Shown: positions 17,870 to 28,507, counted from the first letter of the stretch. The stretch is 48,936 bases of DNA from an uncultured Ruminococcus sp. (GCA_964421585.1 CAYQXN010000001.1:1-48936); one strand, 5' to 3'. Notes: generated by a model from the sequence alone, not told the origin. Numbers and translations are program-made.

Positions 17870-18732
17870 CACTCCGCCTCCTTGCCATATCCGTGTATTT
17901 TAAGCAGCTTTGCTACTGTATTTTTCAATTTACTTCGGCTTACCACCGCGTCAACAAAACCCTTTTGCAGCAAGAACTCCGAGCTCTGAAAGTCTTTAGG
18001 GAGCTTTTGACGAATTGTCTGCTCAATTACTCTCGGACCTGCAAAGCCAATAAGGGTATCGGGCTCTGCCAGTATAATGTCGCCCTCCATTGCAAACGAA
18101 GCTGTTACACCGCCAGTTGTTGGATCGGTAAACACAGTAATATACAAAAGCCCTTCATCACTGTGGCGCTTTACCGCACCGGAAGTCTTTGCCATCTGCA
18201 TAAGAGACAAAATTCCCTCCTGCATTCTGGCTCCGCCCGAAACCGTACATATAATAATCGGCAACCGCTTATCGGTCGCATATTCAAATGCGCGTGTAAT
18301 CTTCTCTCCCGTAACAGTACCCATTGAGCCCATCATAAATTCGGCGTCCATTGTGCAAAGCACAGCGTCAATCCCGCCGATTTTGCATTGTCCGCAAATA
18401 ACAGACTCCTTGTGTCCCTTTGCTCTTGCCTTTTCAAGCTTTGCTTCATAACCCGGAAAGTCGAGAATATTCCTGCTCTCCAAATCAGAGTCCTGCTCAA
18501 CAAAGGTGTCTGTATCGGCAAGCATATCAATCCTCTGCTTAGCGCTCATTCTGAAATGATGATTACATTTTGTGCAAACGTGATAATTTTCCTCCATATC
18601 TGTTGTGAGGAGCATTGTATTGCACTTTGGACATTTTATCCACATTTCCTCAGGCACAAACGGGGTATTGAGCTGTTCATCGGGAAGCGTCTCAAGCTCA
18701 TTTTTAGGTTTTCTGAAAGAAAATAAATCCAT
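17869..18732 (-). CDS. accD: Acetyl-CoA carboxylase carboxyltransferase beta subunit
   Basis: WIKCPKC..CTKC zinc finger, [30 protein letters not shown]. Confidence 0.98.
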   Translation of the reverse strand: MDLFSFRKPKNELETLPDEQLNTPFVPEEMWIKCPKCNTMLLTTDMEENYHVCTKCNHHFRMSAKQRIDMLADTDTFVEQDSDLESRNILDFPGYEAKLEKARAKGHKESVICGQCKIGGIDAVLCTMDAEFMMGSMGTVTGEKITRAFEYATDKRLPIIICTVSGGARMQEGILSLMQMAKTSGAVKRHSDEGLLYITVFTDPTTGGVTASFAMEGDIILAEPDTLIGFAGPRVIEQTIRQKLPKDFQSSEFLLQKGFVDAVVSRSKLKNTVAKLLKIHGYGKEAE

Positions 18733-18793
18733 ATTAATTTCCTTTTCTTCGGTTAAAAACCGACTTATGTATCAATCGGAGTATAAAGTATTT

Positions 18794-20143
18794 TTAAGCC
18801 TTGCGCTTTTCCTCAAACTCCGCCATAAAATCTGTGGTATATTCACCGCTTACAAACTGCTCATCCGAAAGGATTTCTTCAAGAATGTCACGGTTAATAT
18901 CAATTCCGTCAATCGAAAGCTCAGATAAAGCCATCTTCATTTTTCTGATTGCCTCAGCACGTGTACGAGCCTGTACAATAAGCTTGCCAATCATCGAATC
19001 ATAAAAAGGAGGAACAAAATAGTCCTGATAAATTGCAGTGTCAAAACGCACAAATGAGCCGCCCGGCGTATGAAGTCTTGTAATTCTTCCACAGCTCGGA
19101 CGAAAACCTTTTTCCGGATTTTCTGCATTTATGCGGCACTCAATTACGTTGCCGTGAGTAAATATGCTGTCCTGCGTACGTGAAAGCTTTGCGCCTGCCG
19201 CAATTCTGATTTGCCATTGAACAATATCAAGACCGGTTACCATTTCAGTTACACCGTGCTCAACCTGCAGGCGTGTATTCATCTCCATAAAATAGAAGTT
19301 GTTGTCCATATCAAGCAAAAACTCGACTGTGCCTGCATTATCATAATCAACAGCCTTTGCTGCTTTTACGGCAGCAATCATCATATTTTTTCTTGTTTTT
19401 TCATCAAGCGCAGGGCTGGGGCTTTCTTCAATCATTTTTTGATTTTTGCGCTGAACTGAACATTCTCTCTCTCCAAGGCAGATTGTATTGCCGTATTTAT
19501 CGCAGAGAAGCTGCATTTCAATATGCTTTACGGGATGAATGAAACGTTCAAGATAACACGCTCCGTCACCGAATGCCGACTGCGCCTCGCTTGAAGCGGA
19601 AAGAAACGCCTCTTCAAACTGCTCAATGCTGTCAACACGGCGGATGCCCTTTCCGCCGCCGCCCGAACGAGCTTTGATAAGCAGAGGAAAGCCGATTTTT
19701 TCAGCTTCCTCCTTAGCCTGCTCAACAGTATCAACAATGTCGCAGCCCGGTGTTACGGGAACACCTGCCGCACGCATAGTCTTGCGGGCATTGTCCTTGT
19801 CTCCGAGAAGTCTTATCATCTCTGAAGACGGTCCTATAAATTTTATATTGCATTGCTCACAAAGTGAAACGAACTTTGCATTTTCGGAAAGCAAACCGTA
19901 GCCCGGATGAATAGCCTGGGCGCCGCTTTCAACCGCAACCGTAAGAATTGCGGGCATATTAAGGTAGCTGTCCGCGACACGGTTTCCGCCTACGCAGTAG
20001 CTTTCATCAGCAAGCTGCACATGCATAGCGTCCTTGTCTGCCTCTGAATAAATTGCAACCGTGTTTATGCCCATCTCACGACAGGCGCGGATAATTCTTA
20101 CCGCAATTTCACCGCGGTTTGCAATGAGAATTTTAGAAAACAT
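18794..20143 (-). CDS. accC: Biotin carboxylase
   Basis: KILIANRGEIAVRII, HPGYGLLSEN, GGGGKG, FMEMNTRLQVEH, YDSMIGKL. Confidence 0.98.
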   Translation of the reverse strand: MFSKILIANRGEIAVRIIRACREMGINTVAIYSEADKDAMHVQLADESYCVGGNRVADSYLNMPAILTVAVESGAQAIHPGYGLLSENAKFVSLCEQCNIKFIGPSSEMIRLLGDKDNARKTMRAAGVPVTPGCDIVDTVEQAKEEAEKIGFPLLIKARSGGGGKGIRRVDSIEQFEEAFLSASSEAQSAFGDGACYLERFIHPVKHIEMQLLCDKYGNTICLGERECSVQRKNQKMIEESPSPALDEKTRKNMMIAAVKAAKAVDYDNAGTVEFLLDMDNNFYFMEMNTRLQVEHGVTEMVTGLDIVQWQIRIAAGAKLSRTQDSIFTHGNVIECRINAENPEKGFRPSCGRITRLHTPGGSFVRFDTAIYQDYFVPPFYDSMIGKLIVQARTRAEAIRKMKMALSELSIDGIDINRDILEEILSDEQFVSGEYTTDFMAEFEEKRKA

Positions 20144-20251
20144 CTTTTCACTTCCAAAAATTTAATGTTCAAATGCACAAATAACTATGGGCAAGCACTT
20201 CTTTGAATACTATCAAATCAATATTGCACAGCTATAGAGTGCAGTACAATA

Positions 20252-20671
20252 TTATTTATTCTCAACAACAGCAAAAGAAAGCTCACCGCTGACGCAGAGC
20301 TTACCGTCAACGTAGCCTTTGGCATCAATAAAGTAAAAAGCGCCTCTGCTCTTTGTAAGTGTGCACACTGTTTCAAGCGTATCACCCGGCTTAACGGGAT
20401 TTTTGAACTTTACGTTGTTCATTTTTGTAAAGTACGGAGTTCCGTTCATTACCTTGTCTGCAAGCAGACAACAGCTTGCCTGACCCATCATCTCGCAAAG
20501 AATTACACCCGGAACAACAGGGTTACCCGGAAAATGTCCGTTCAAAAAGAACTCGTCGCCCTTTATCGTATATCTGCCCTTGGCTGTATTTTCATCCACG
20601 CTCTCCGCCTCTTCAACAAGAAGCATATTATTGCGGTGTGGTAAGATTTTCTTGATTTCTTCCTGATTCAT
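20252..20671 (-). CDS. fabZ: 3-hydroxyacyl-ACP dehydratase
   Basis: ILPHR..LLVE, GHFPGNPVVPGVILCE, VKFKNPVKPGD. Confidence 0.95.
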   Translation of the reverse strand: MNQEEIKKILPHRNNMLLVEEAESVDENTAKGRYTIKGDEFFLNGHFPGNPVVPGVILCEMMGQASCCLLADKVMNGTPYFTKMNNVKFKNPVKPGDTLETVCTLTKSRGAFYFIDAKGYVDGKLCVSGELSFAVVENK

Positions 20672-20796
20672 AATTCTCTCCTGTTCAATAAGGGGCTGCC
20701 CTGATTTTATCTTTAATTACCTAATAAATATTACTTATTATGTCTAAAAAACTAAAAATCTTTTTTGAGGTTCATTATTTCTCTTATGTACAATAT

Positions 20797-20824
20797 GTAG
20801 TGACGCAGCGCGCCGCATTACTAC
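20797..20824 (-). repeat. REP-like imperfect palindrome in the accB-fabZ spacer
   Basis: GTAGTAATGCGG-CGCG-CTGCGTCACTAC; begins with GTAG on both strands. Confidence 0.45.
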
Positions 20825-20881
20825 GTTTGTATGCCGCATTTATTACGGCAGCAAAACTGTTTGCTAAAACAGATACGCAGA

Positions 20882-21328
20882 TTATCTTATCCTGAACAAC
20901 GGCTGACCGTATTCAACGAGGTCTCCGTCATTTGCAAGGATTTCAGTAATTTCGCCGTCTTCCTCTGCCTGAATTTCGTTCATACACTTCATAGCTTCGA
21001 TAATGCAGACAGTGTCGCCCTTTCTAACCTGCTTGCCTACAGAAACATAAGGCTCGGCGTCAGGTGACGGAGCAACATAGAACACGCCTACAATCGGTGC
21101 CTTTATAGCTTTGCCGTTATCAGCAGCAGGTGCGGGCTGAGCTGCCTGAGACTGCGCAGTGGGCGCCGGCTGCAAGGGTGCAGGCGCAGGTGCTGCTGCA
21201 AACTGCTGAACAGATTGTGCTTTTTCAAGACGAACCTTTGAACCGTCCTCCTTCTGGAGTTCAAGAACAGCAAGCGAGGACTCTTCCAAAACAGTAATCA
21301 AATCTTTGATTTCATCTATACTATACAT
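20882..21328 (-). CDS. accB: Biotin carboxyl carrier protein
   Basis: Pro/Ala linker and the EAMKC biotinylation motif. Confidence 0.97.
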   Translation of the reverse strand: MYSIDEIKDLITVLEESSLAVLELQKEDGSKVRLEKAQSVQQFAAAPAPAPLQPAPTAQSQAAQPAPAADNGKAIKAPIVGVFYVAPSPDAEPYVSVGKQVRKGDTVCIIEAMKCMNEIQAEEDGEITEILANDGDLVEYGQPLFRIR

Positions 21329-21346
21329 AACAAACGTCCTTTATTA

Positions 21347-22579
21347 TCAGATTTTCTTGAATACAACGCAGGCGTCGTGACCGCCAAAGCCAAGGTTTGT
21401 TGACGCTGCAACACTTACGTCACGCTTAACAGCCGTCTTTGGAGTGTAATTGAGGTCAAGACCCTCATCAGGCTCGTCAAGATTGATTGTAGGCGGGATT
21501 ACGCCTTCCTTAAGCGTCATAATTGATACAATTGCTTCAATTGCACCCGTTGCACCGAGCATATGACCCGTCATGGACTTTGTTGAACTGATATTGGCGT
21601 CATATGCCTTTTCTCCGAGAGCAGTTTTGATTGCCTGAGTTTCCGTAAGGTCGTTCAGGTGTGTGCTTGTACCGTGAGCATTGATATAAATTTCTGCATC
21701 ATCAGCAACCTCCGCTTCCTCAAAAGCAAGCTTGATTGCTCTTGCAAGTCCCTCACCCTCAGGAGCAGGAGCGGTAATGTGGTGGGCGTCGCATGTGTTG
21801 CCGTATCCGCAGAACTCAGCATAAATCTTGGCGCCTCTAGCCTTTGCATGCTCGTATTCCTCAAGAATAATCATACCTGCGCCCTCACCCATAACAAAGC
21901 CGTCACGATCCTTATCAAACGGACGGGACGCCGTTTTGGGAGAGGAGTTTGTTGAAAGAGCCTTCATATTCTGGAAGCCTGCAATTGTAAGCGGAGCTAC
22001 AACTGCCTCTGCACCGCCTGCGATGATTGCGTCAGCATAGCCGTCCTTGATTGCGTGATAAGCCTCGCCTATTGAGTGTGTGCCTGTTGCACAAGCGCTC
22101 ATAACAGAAAGCGAAACGCCCTTTGCATTAAAACGTATTGCAACGTTGCCCGTTGCAATGTTACCTATCATCATAGGAATAAAGAAAGGAGAAACCTTCT
22201 TTGCACCGCCGTTTTCCATACCAACAGTATTCTTTACAAATGTCTGAAGTCCGCCGATACCTGCGCCTATATAAACGCCAAAGCGGTTTTCATCAATGTT
22301 GCCCAAAATTCCGCTGTCATCAACAGCCTCCTGTGCGGCTGCAATTGCATACTGGCAGTAAGGGTCAAGCTTTCTTGCTTCTCTTTTCTCTATGCCGAAT
22401 TTTTCGGGATCAAAATCTTTAACGGTACCTGCAATATGTACCTTTAAATCTGTCGTATCAAATTCTGTAATCGTCTCAATGCCGCAAACGCCGTTTATAA
22501 GGCTGTTCCACATATCGGAAACATTGTTGCCTACAGGGCTGATAGCACCGATACCTGTTACTACTACTCTTCTGCTCAT
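21347..22579 (-). CDS. fabF: Beta-ketoacyl-ACP synthase II
   Basis: RRVVVTGIGAISP, SACATG, YINAHGTST, KSMTGHMLGA, NLGFGG. ATG at 22579 after GGAGGT. Confidence 0.98.
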   Translation of the reverse strand: MSRRVVVTGIGAISPVGNNVSDMWNSLINGVCGIETITEFDTTDLKVHIAGTVKDFDPEKFGIEKREARKLDPYCQYAIAAAQEAVDDSGILGNIDENRFGVYIGAGIGGLQTFVKNTVGMENGGAKKVSPFFIPMMIGNIATGNVAIRFNAKGVSLSVMSACATGTHSIGEAYHAIKDGYADAIIAGGAEAVVAPLTIAGFQNMKALSTNSSPKTASRPFDKDRDGFVMGEGAGMIILEEYEHAKARGAKIYAEFCGYGNTCDAHHITAPAPEGEGLARAIKLAFEEAEVADDAEIYINAHGTSTHLNDLTETQAIKTALGEKAYDANISSTKSMTGHMLGATGAIEAIVSIMTLKEGVIPPTINLDEPDEGLDLNYTPKTAVKRDVSVAASTNLGFGGHDACVVFKKI

Positions 22580-22592
22580 AAATACCTCCGAA

Positions 22593-23336
22593 TTACATTG
22601 CAAGTCCGCCGTCAACTCTGATAACCTCGCCTGTTACATAGGCTGCGTCATCTGAGCAAAGGAATGCAACCACATTAGCTACATCCTCAGGAGTACCTAT
22701 ACGCTTTGCAGGGATCTGAGCCTTCATTGCGTCCTTAACCTTGTCTGAAAGCACGTTCGTCATATCTGTTCCGATATATCCCGGAGCAACCGCATTGGCT
22801 GTAACTCCTCTGCCTGCAAGCTCCTTGGCTACTGACTTTGTAAGTCCGATTATACCGGCCTTTGAAGCAGAATAGTTAGCCTGTCCTGCGTTGCCTGTAA
22901 GACCCACAATTGAAGAAGTGCTTACAATTCTGCCGAAACGCTTCTTCATAAAGTGCTTGTATGTATGCTTAATCATATTGAAAGTACCCTTGAGGTTTAC
23001 ACCGATTACTGCGTCAAAATCCTTTTCATCCATATTAAGAACAAGCTTGTCGCGCGTAATGCCGGCATTGTTAATGAGGAAATCAATACCGCCAAAGTCT
23101 TCAATAACCTTTTCAACAACTTCCTGTGAAGCGTTAAAATCCGAAACATCACAGAAATACTGTTCAATCTTTGTTCCGTACTGCAAAAGCTCATTTTTGG
23201 CATTAACGCCCTCGCTCTCATCACCCACGTAAAGAATGGCAATGTTTGCGCCGTTTGCCGCAAGCTTCTTTGCAATTGCAAGTCCGATACCTCTTGAACC
23301 GCCTGTTACTACGGCAGTCTTATTTTCAAAATTCAT
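22593..23336 (-). CDS. fabG: 3-oxoacyl-ACP reductase
   Basis: VTGGSRGIG, NNAGITRD, GQANYSASKAG. Confidence 0.98.
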   Translation of the reverse strand: MNFENKTAVVTGGSRGIGLAIAKKLAANGANIAILYVGDESEGVNAKNELLQYGTKIEQYFCDVSDFNASQEVVEKVIEDFGGIDFLINNAGITRDKLVLNMDEKDFDAVIGVNLKGTFNMIKHTYKHFMKKRFGRIVSTSSIVGLTGNAGQANYSASKAGIIGLTKSVAKELAGRGVTANAVAPGYIGTDMTNVLSDKVKDAMKAQIPAKRIGTPEDVANVVAFLCSDDAAYVTGEVIRVDGGLAM

Positions 23337-23372
23337 AGTTAACCTCCAAAAGAGTGTTTTTAAGCACAGAAA

Positions 23373-24275
23373 TTATAACTCAAGTGCGTCAATGTCGGCA
23401 GGCGTCTCAACCTTAAAAGCTTTAACATCGCCGTTTATTCTCTTGATAAGACCTGTAAGCGTCTTGCCAACACCAACTTCAATAAATGTATCAACGCCGT
23501 CATTTATCATATTTTCAACTATAGTCTGCCACCTTACGGGATTTTCTACCTGCGCTCTTACAAGCGCCTTGTAATCGCCCTCATAGGGTTGGGCTGTATA
23601 GTCTGAATAAATCGTAATTTCAGGGTCGGAAAACTCGATGTTTTCCATATATTTACCAAGTCCCTCGGCAGCGTCAGCCATAAACGGAGAGTGAAAAGCG
23701 CCGCTCACTGCAAGTGGCTTTGCTCTGCCGCCGGCCGCCTTGACAGCCTCGCAGAAGCTATCGGTATTTTGGCTTGTTGTAGCCACAACAGTCTGTGCCG
23801 GGGAGTTATAGTTTACAGGATAGGTCTTTTCAAAGCCGCTGCAAACTTCCTCAACCTGCTGCGGAGTAATTTTCATAACAGCAACCATCGCACCCGGATT
23901 TTCAGTTGCCGCCTTATCCATAAGCTCGCCTCTTGCGCAAACAAGCTTAAAGGCTTCTTCATCGGAAAGCATTCCCGAAAAAGCAAGCGCAGCAATTTCA
24001 CCGAGCGAAAAACCTGCAACACAATCGGGCTTAATGCCCTTTTCAGCCAATGCATAAGCAGCTGCAAGGTCTGCCGTAAAAATGCAGGGCTGAGTATTTA
24101 CCGTTTTGCAAAGCTCTTCGGTTGTTCCCTCAAAGCATTGTCCGGAAGTACCTTCTCTTATTGAATCAGCCATATCATACACAGCCTTAGAAGCAGAAGA
24201 AGCGCTATAAAGCTCCTTGCCCATACCGCTGTATTGCGCGCCCTGACCTGAAAAAACAAATGCTATTTTACCCAT
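23373..24275 (-). CDS. fabD: Malonyl-CoA:ACP transacylase
   Basis: FSGQGAQ, AGFSLGE, VSGAFHS, QVENPVRW. Confidence 0.97.
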   Translation of the reverse strand: MGKIAFVFSGQGAQYSGMGKELYSASSASKAVYDMADSIREGTSGQCFEGTTEELCKTVNTQPCIFTADLAAAYALAEKGIKPDCVAGFSLGEIAALAFSGMLSDEEAFKLVCARGELMDKAATENPGAMVAVMKITPQQVEEVCSGFEKTYPVNYNSPAQTVVATTSQNTDSFCEAVKAAGGRAKPLAVSGAFHSPFMADAAEGLGKYMENIEFSDPEITIYSDYTAQPYEGDYKALVRAQVENPVRWQTIVENMINDGVDTFIEVGVGKTLTGLIKRINGDVKAFKVETPADIDALEL

Positions 24276-25213
24276 TTTGCCGCTCCGTTCAATACTTCCT
24301 CTGCCTGTGCAAACATTTCTTCTATCATTTCACGGGCAGGCTGCTCCTTTTTAATCATAGCTGCAACCTGACCTGCAAGAACAGTTCCGTTTGAAACGTC
24401 GCCTTCTCTGGCAGCCATTCTTACTGTACCCACGCCAAGCTGCTCAAGAGCTTCATCAGAAAATTCAGCCTCGTTATACTCCTTCTTAAGGTACTCACGT
24501 GTGAAGGAATTGCGAATCGAACGTACAGGGTGCCCCAGTCTCTTGCCTGTGACAACTGTATCAATATCTTTCGCCTTAATAATCTTGTTCTTGTATTCCT
24601 GAGCAATCGTGCACTCCTCTGCAACAAGAAAGCGTGTACCCACCTGTACACCTACTGCGCCGAGCATAAATGCCGCTGCAATCTGGCGTCCGTCTGCAAT
24701 TCCGCCTGCTGCAATAACAGGTATTGAAACAGCGTCAACCACCTGTGGGACAAGAGCCATTGTTGTGAGGTCGCCGACGTGACCGCCTGACTCTCCGCCC
24801 TCCGCGATTACAGCAAAAGCGCCGTCCTTTTCCATCTTTCTTGCAAGCGCAACGCTGGCTACAACGGGAATAACCTTGATTCCTGCCTCAAGCCACTTTG
24901 CCATATACTTGCCCGGATTTCCCGCGCCGGTAGTGATAACCTTTATGCCTTCCTCAATAACAACCTGAGCTGCTTTCTCGGCATACGGACTTGCAAGCAT
25001 TACGTTTACGCCAAACGGCTTGTCTGTAAGCTCCTTACATTTGCGGATTTCAGCGCGAAGCTGCTCTCCGTTGGAGTTCATTGCAGCGATAAGTCCAAGT
25101 CCTCCTGCATTTGCAACACCTGCCGCAAGGGAGGCGTCTGCCACCCAAGCCATACCGCCTTGGAATATAGGAAATTCAAGTCCAAGGCTTTGATCTATAA
25201 CGGTAGAAATCAT
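24263..25213 (-). CDS. fabK: Enoyl-ACP reductase II (FMN-dependent)
   Basis: PIFQGGMAWVA, EGGESGGHVG, AAGGIADG, GVQVGTRF; first gene of the fab cluster. Confidence 0.95.
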   Translation of the reverse strand: MISTVIDQSLGLEFPIFQGGMAWVADASLAAGVANAGGLGLIAAMNSNGEQLRAEIRKCKELTDKPFGVNVMLASPYAEKAAQVVIEEGIKVITTGAGNPGKYMAKWLEAGIKVIPVVASVALARKMEKDGAFAVIAEGGESGGHVGDLTTMALVPQVVDAVSIPVIAAGGIADGRQIAAAFMLGAVGVQVGTRFLVAEECTIAQEYKNKIIKAKDIDTVVTGKRLGHPVRSIRNSFTREYLKKEYNEAEFSDEALEQLGVGTVRMAAREGDVSNGTVLAGQVAAMIKKEQPAREMIEEMFAQAEEVLNGAAKWVK

Positions 25214-25393
25214 ATGTACATTCTCCTTTTTTGCAGAATAATGCGGTTATTTGCAGCTTTATGTTTTGCAAGATTTCATCATATTGCTTCCAAACAACAA
25301 GCCGCAACTATCTTATTTTATTCTTATGGCATTTTAGATTAATACTAACTCAAATATTTTAAAATGTCAATATATACAAGTGATTTTTTGGCA

Positions 25394-25732
25394 TTAGCTA
25401 CAATAATCCTCAATTGATTTCTTCAAATTTTCATATCCCGATATTTCAATGCCCTTTTCAAGACGCAGAATATCCCCGCGGGGAAGCGAGGTGATTGTTG
25501 TGTCGGTCACGAAATACGGCACACTTTCTCCTTTTATATACACAACCAGCTTACCATTTTCAGCCTTGAGAATATATACTTCTTTTGCAGTCTCCGAATT
25601 ATCAATTGTTCCTTTTTCATTATATACAATACTGCTCTGCGCCATCTCTGCTGTTGCCTGAGGCGCTGCAGCCGCACTCACAAACAGACAGCCTAAAAGA
25701 ATTATCCCCGTAATCGCTACCAGTTTTTTCAT
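25394..25732 (-). CDS. Exported BofC C-terminal-domain protein (sporulation)
   Basis: Signal peptide, then YILKAENGKLVVY..TDTTITSLPRGDILRLEKGIEI..LKKSIEDYCS, which resembles the BofC C-terminal domain. Confidence 0.8.
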   Translation of the reverse strand: MKKLVAITGIILLGCLFVSAAAAPQATAEMAQSSIVYNEKGTIDNSETAKEVYILKAENGKLVVYIKGESVPYFVTDTTITSLPRGDILRLEKGIEISGYENLKKSIEDYCS

Positions 25733-25788
25733 TATTATCATCCTTGCTGTTTTACATACCGTTTTTCAAAAGTATCATAATTTAGTGA

Positions 25789-25817
25789 TAGTTTCACCTG
25801 AATTTGTTATTTTATTC
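25789..25817 (-). promoter_or_regulatory. Candidate SigF/SigG forespore promoter
   Basis: GAATA-14 bp-GGTGAAACTA. The -10 matches GGnnAnAHTR; spacing is one base shorter than the usual SigF spacing. Confidence 0.5.
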
Positions 25818-26009
25818 ACGGTTTTACATAAAAAAAATCACTTGTATTCTCTTATTTTTTCACAAAAAATATTTTATTATTATTTATTTTTTCTTTTTAA
25901 GGTGCTATAATAATGAAGAATAATGTTTTTTATAAAGATACAATCAGGACGTTAATTTTTACGGATTGAATCCGTCTCACAGGCATTTTGCCGTTATAAA
26001 GGAGTAAAT

Positions 26010-28433
26010 ATGCGTAACAAACGTGAAACAGACATCAGTCGATATACCGACAAAGCTGCAGAGCCGATAGGGTCAGCTAAACGAGAAAGCGGTGTAAAGC
26101 ACTTTTTCAGAGGATTCGGCAAGGTGTGTTTTACTGCCTTTGCAGTATGCTTTGTAGCTTTTTTCATTGCAGGAATATCACTCTCGATTTATATTTTTAC
26201 GCTTGCCTCAGAACCTACGGGAATTGACCTAAAGGCAAAGTCACTTAATCAGACAAGTTTTATTCTGGTTGAAAATACTGACACGGGCGAATTTGAGGAG
26301 TATCAGCAGCTTTACAGCACTGAAAACCGCATATGGGTCAGTAATCAGGATATTCCGCAGGCAATGAAGGATGCAATTGTCGCAATTGAAGACAAACGAT
26401 TTTATGAACATATGGGCGTTGACTGGACGCGCACAGCCTCCGCTGTTTTGAACCTTGTTACCGGAGATGAAACCTACGGCGGCTCAACGCTTACTCAGCA
26501 GCTTATCAAGAACATCACAGATGACAATGAGGTTTCTCTCACAAGAAAGCTGCGTGAGATATGCAAGGCTCTAAAGCTGGAAAACGAATACACCAAGGAT
26601 CAGATTCTTGAGGCATATCTCAATGTAGTAAACTTCGGAAACAACTGTCAGGGTGTTGAAGCTGCGGCACAACTGTATTTTGACAAGAGTATTACAGACT
26701 GCTCAATTGCCGAATGTGCAGCTATTGCAGGCATTACGCAAAATCCCTCTTTATGGAATCCCTTGGTTTATCCCGAAAACAACAAACAGCGCCGTGAAGT
26801 TGTAATTGACGCTATGTATGACCAGGAAAAGATTACAAAGGAAGAATATGAAGCTGCAATGGAGGAGTCTGAAAATATGACCTTTGTCGGCTTTCAGAAT
26901 TCTTCTGATGACGATGACGACGATGACGGATATGTTCAGAACTGGTACTTAGATGAGCTTCAGTTTGACCTTCAGAGCGACCTTGCCGAGCTTTACGGCA
27001 TAAGCGAGGCAGCGGCTTCCGAGAAGTTATTTACCGAGGGACTCAAGATTTACTGTGCAATGGATCTTGAAATGCAGGAGTATATTGAAAAGGCTGCTCA
27101 GAATATTGACGACAGCTATGACGATGGCTTGCAGATCGGCTCAACGCTTATGGGCTATGACGGAAGAGTAATTGCCACAGTTGGCAGCTCACAGAAAAAA
27201 ACTCAGGCGCTTCAATGGGATCGTGCAACAATGTCAGCTCTACAGCCCGGTTCGTCAATAAAACCAGTTGCAGTTTATCCGCTCGCAATAGAACAAAAGC
27301 TTATATACTTTTCATCAACCGTCCTTGATGAACCTATTGAAAACTACAGATATGACGAAGAAAAAGGTATGCTTGTTTCCGGTCCTGAAAATGCCTACCT
27401 GTATTATAAGGGCAACATTCTTCTGCCTGATGCAATTCAATGCTCTTCAAACGCAACAGCAGCGCAGACAATGCTGCTTGTAGGTCCGTCTGTTGCATAT
27501 GAGCAGATGGTTACAAGGATGGGATTTGCCTCACTCACCGAAGAGGACTCTCAAAATACAGGCGCCCTTTCAATCGGCGGTATGAACGGCGGTGTGACAG
27601 TACGTGAAATGGCTGCTGCCTACACCTATCTCGGCAACGGCGGTCTCTATTATAAGCCATACACATATTATTATGTAACGGATTCGGAAGACAATATAAT
27701 TCTTGACAACCGCACACAGGTTCCAAAGGAAGCCTACAGTGCTGAAACAGCTGCAATTATGAACAGACTTCTCAATTACAATATGCAGAATACTACACTC
27801 AGCGACGGTAGCGCGTCTTATGCAAGAATTGACGGATGGGATATTATAGGCAAAACAGGTACTACAGACAATGATAAAGACTCTTGGTATTGCGGAGCAT
27901 CTCCGTATGCCGTTATGGCTACTTGGTGCGGATTTGACGATCCTCATACAATATCAGGCACAGGCAGAACAGTTGCGGCCGGCTTCTTCGCAAACATTAT
28001 GGGCAAATACCTTGAAGACAAGGCGCAAAAGGAATATACCTTCCCCACTGACATCATTGAGGCGCAATACAACCCCTATACAGGTTTGATTGTAACAACT
28101 GAAAATCCAACCGGAAAGTATATAGGATATTATACTGAGGACAATATGCCTGCTTACGGCGGTGCATATGATGACAGCGATTATATAAGCTCAGACTCAG
28201 GCGGCGATTCGGACAGCAGCAACGGCGATTACTATTACGATGACAGCAGCAGCTCTGATTATAACGATGGTTCAAGTAATATAGACGATAATTCATCATC
28301 CGGCTCCGGTGACGACGACACAGAATCGGATGTTCCTCCTGATGATGGAGACGAATCACCGGGCGATGATGAAACTCCTGACGATGAGGGCGGCGGTGAC
28401 GGAGATGCCGGCGATTCCTTGGCGCAAGAGTAG
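26010..28433 (+). CDS. Class A penicillin-binding protein (transglycosylase/transpeptidase) with acidic disordered tail
   Basis: AIEDKRFYEHMGVD, GGSTLTQQLIKN, RKLREI, QPGSSIKP, SSN, GKTGTT. Confidence 0.96.
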   Translation: MRNKRETDISRYTDKAAEPIGSAKRESGVKHFFRGFGKVCFTAFAVCFVAFFIAGISLSIYIFTLASEPTGIDLKAKSLNQTSFILVENTDTGEFEEYQQLYSTENRIWVSNQDIPQAMKDAIVAIEDKRFYEHMGVDWTRTASAVLNLVTGDETYGGSTLTQQLIKNITDDNEVSLTRKLREICKALKLENEYTKDQILEAYLNVVNFGNNCQGVEAAAQLYFDKSITDCSIAECAAIAGITQNPSLWNPLVYPENNKQRREVVIDAMYDQEKITKEEYEAAMEESENMTFVGFQNSSDDDDDDDGYVQNWYLDELQFDLQSDLAELYGISEAAASEKLFTEGLKIYCAMDLEMQEYIEKAAQNIDDSYDDGLQIGSTLMGYDGRVIATVGSSQKKTQALQWDRATMSALQPGSSIKPVAVYPLAIEQKLIYFSSTVLDEPIENYRYDEEKGMLVSGPENAYLYYKGNILLPDAIQCSSNATAAQTMLLVGPSVAYEQMVTRMGFASLTEEDSQNTGALSIGGMNGGVTVREMAAAYTYLGNGGLYYKPYTYYYVTDSEDNIILDNRTQVPKEAYSAETAAIMNRLLNYNMQNTTLSDGSASYARIDGWDIIGKTGTTDNDKDSWYCGASPYAVMATWCGFDDPHTISGTGRTVAAGFFANIMGKYLEDKAQKEYTFPTDIIEAQYNPYTGLIVTTENPTGKYIGYYTEDNMPAYGGAYDDSDYISSDSGGDSDSSNGDYYYDDSSSSDYNDGSSNIDDNSSSGSGDDDTESDVPPDDGDESPGDDETPDDEGGGDGDAGDSLAQE

Positions 28434-28507
28434 GAGCTTCTGTTAATGACTTTTTAATTGTTAATTATTTTTCTTTAATATAAAATCTGAAAGGTAAGGT
28501 TACAGAT

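Noticed and set aside
28150-28433. GAC/GAT/AGC-rich repetitive DNA
   Set aside because: Low-complexity Asp/Ser/Gly tail of the class A PBP, common in this family; not a repeat array.
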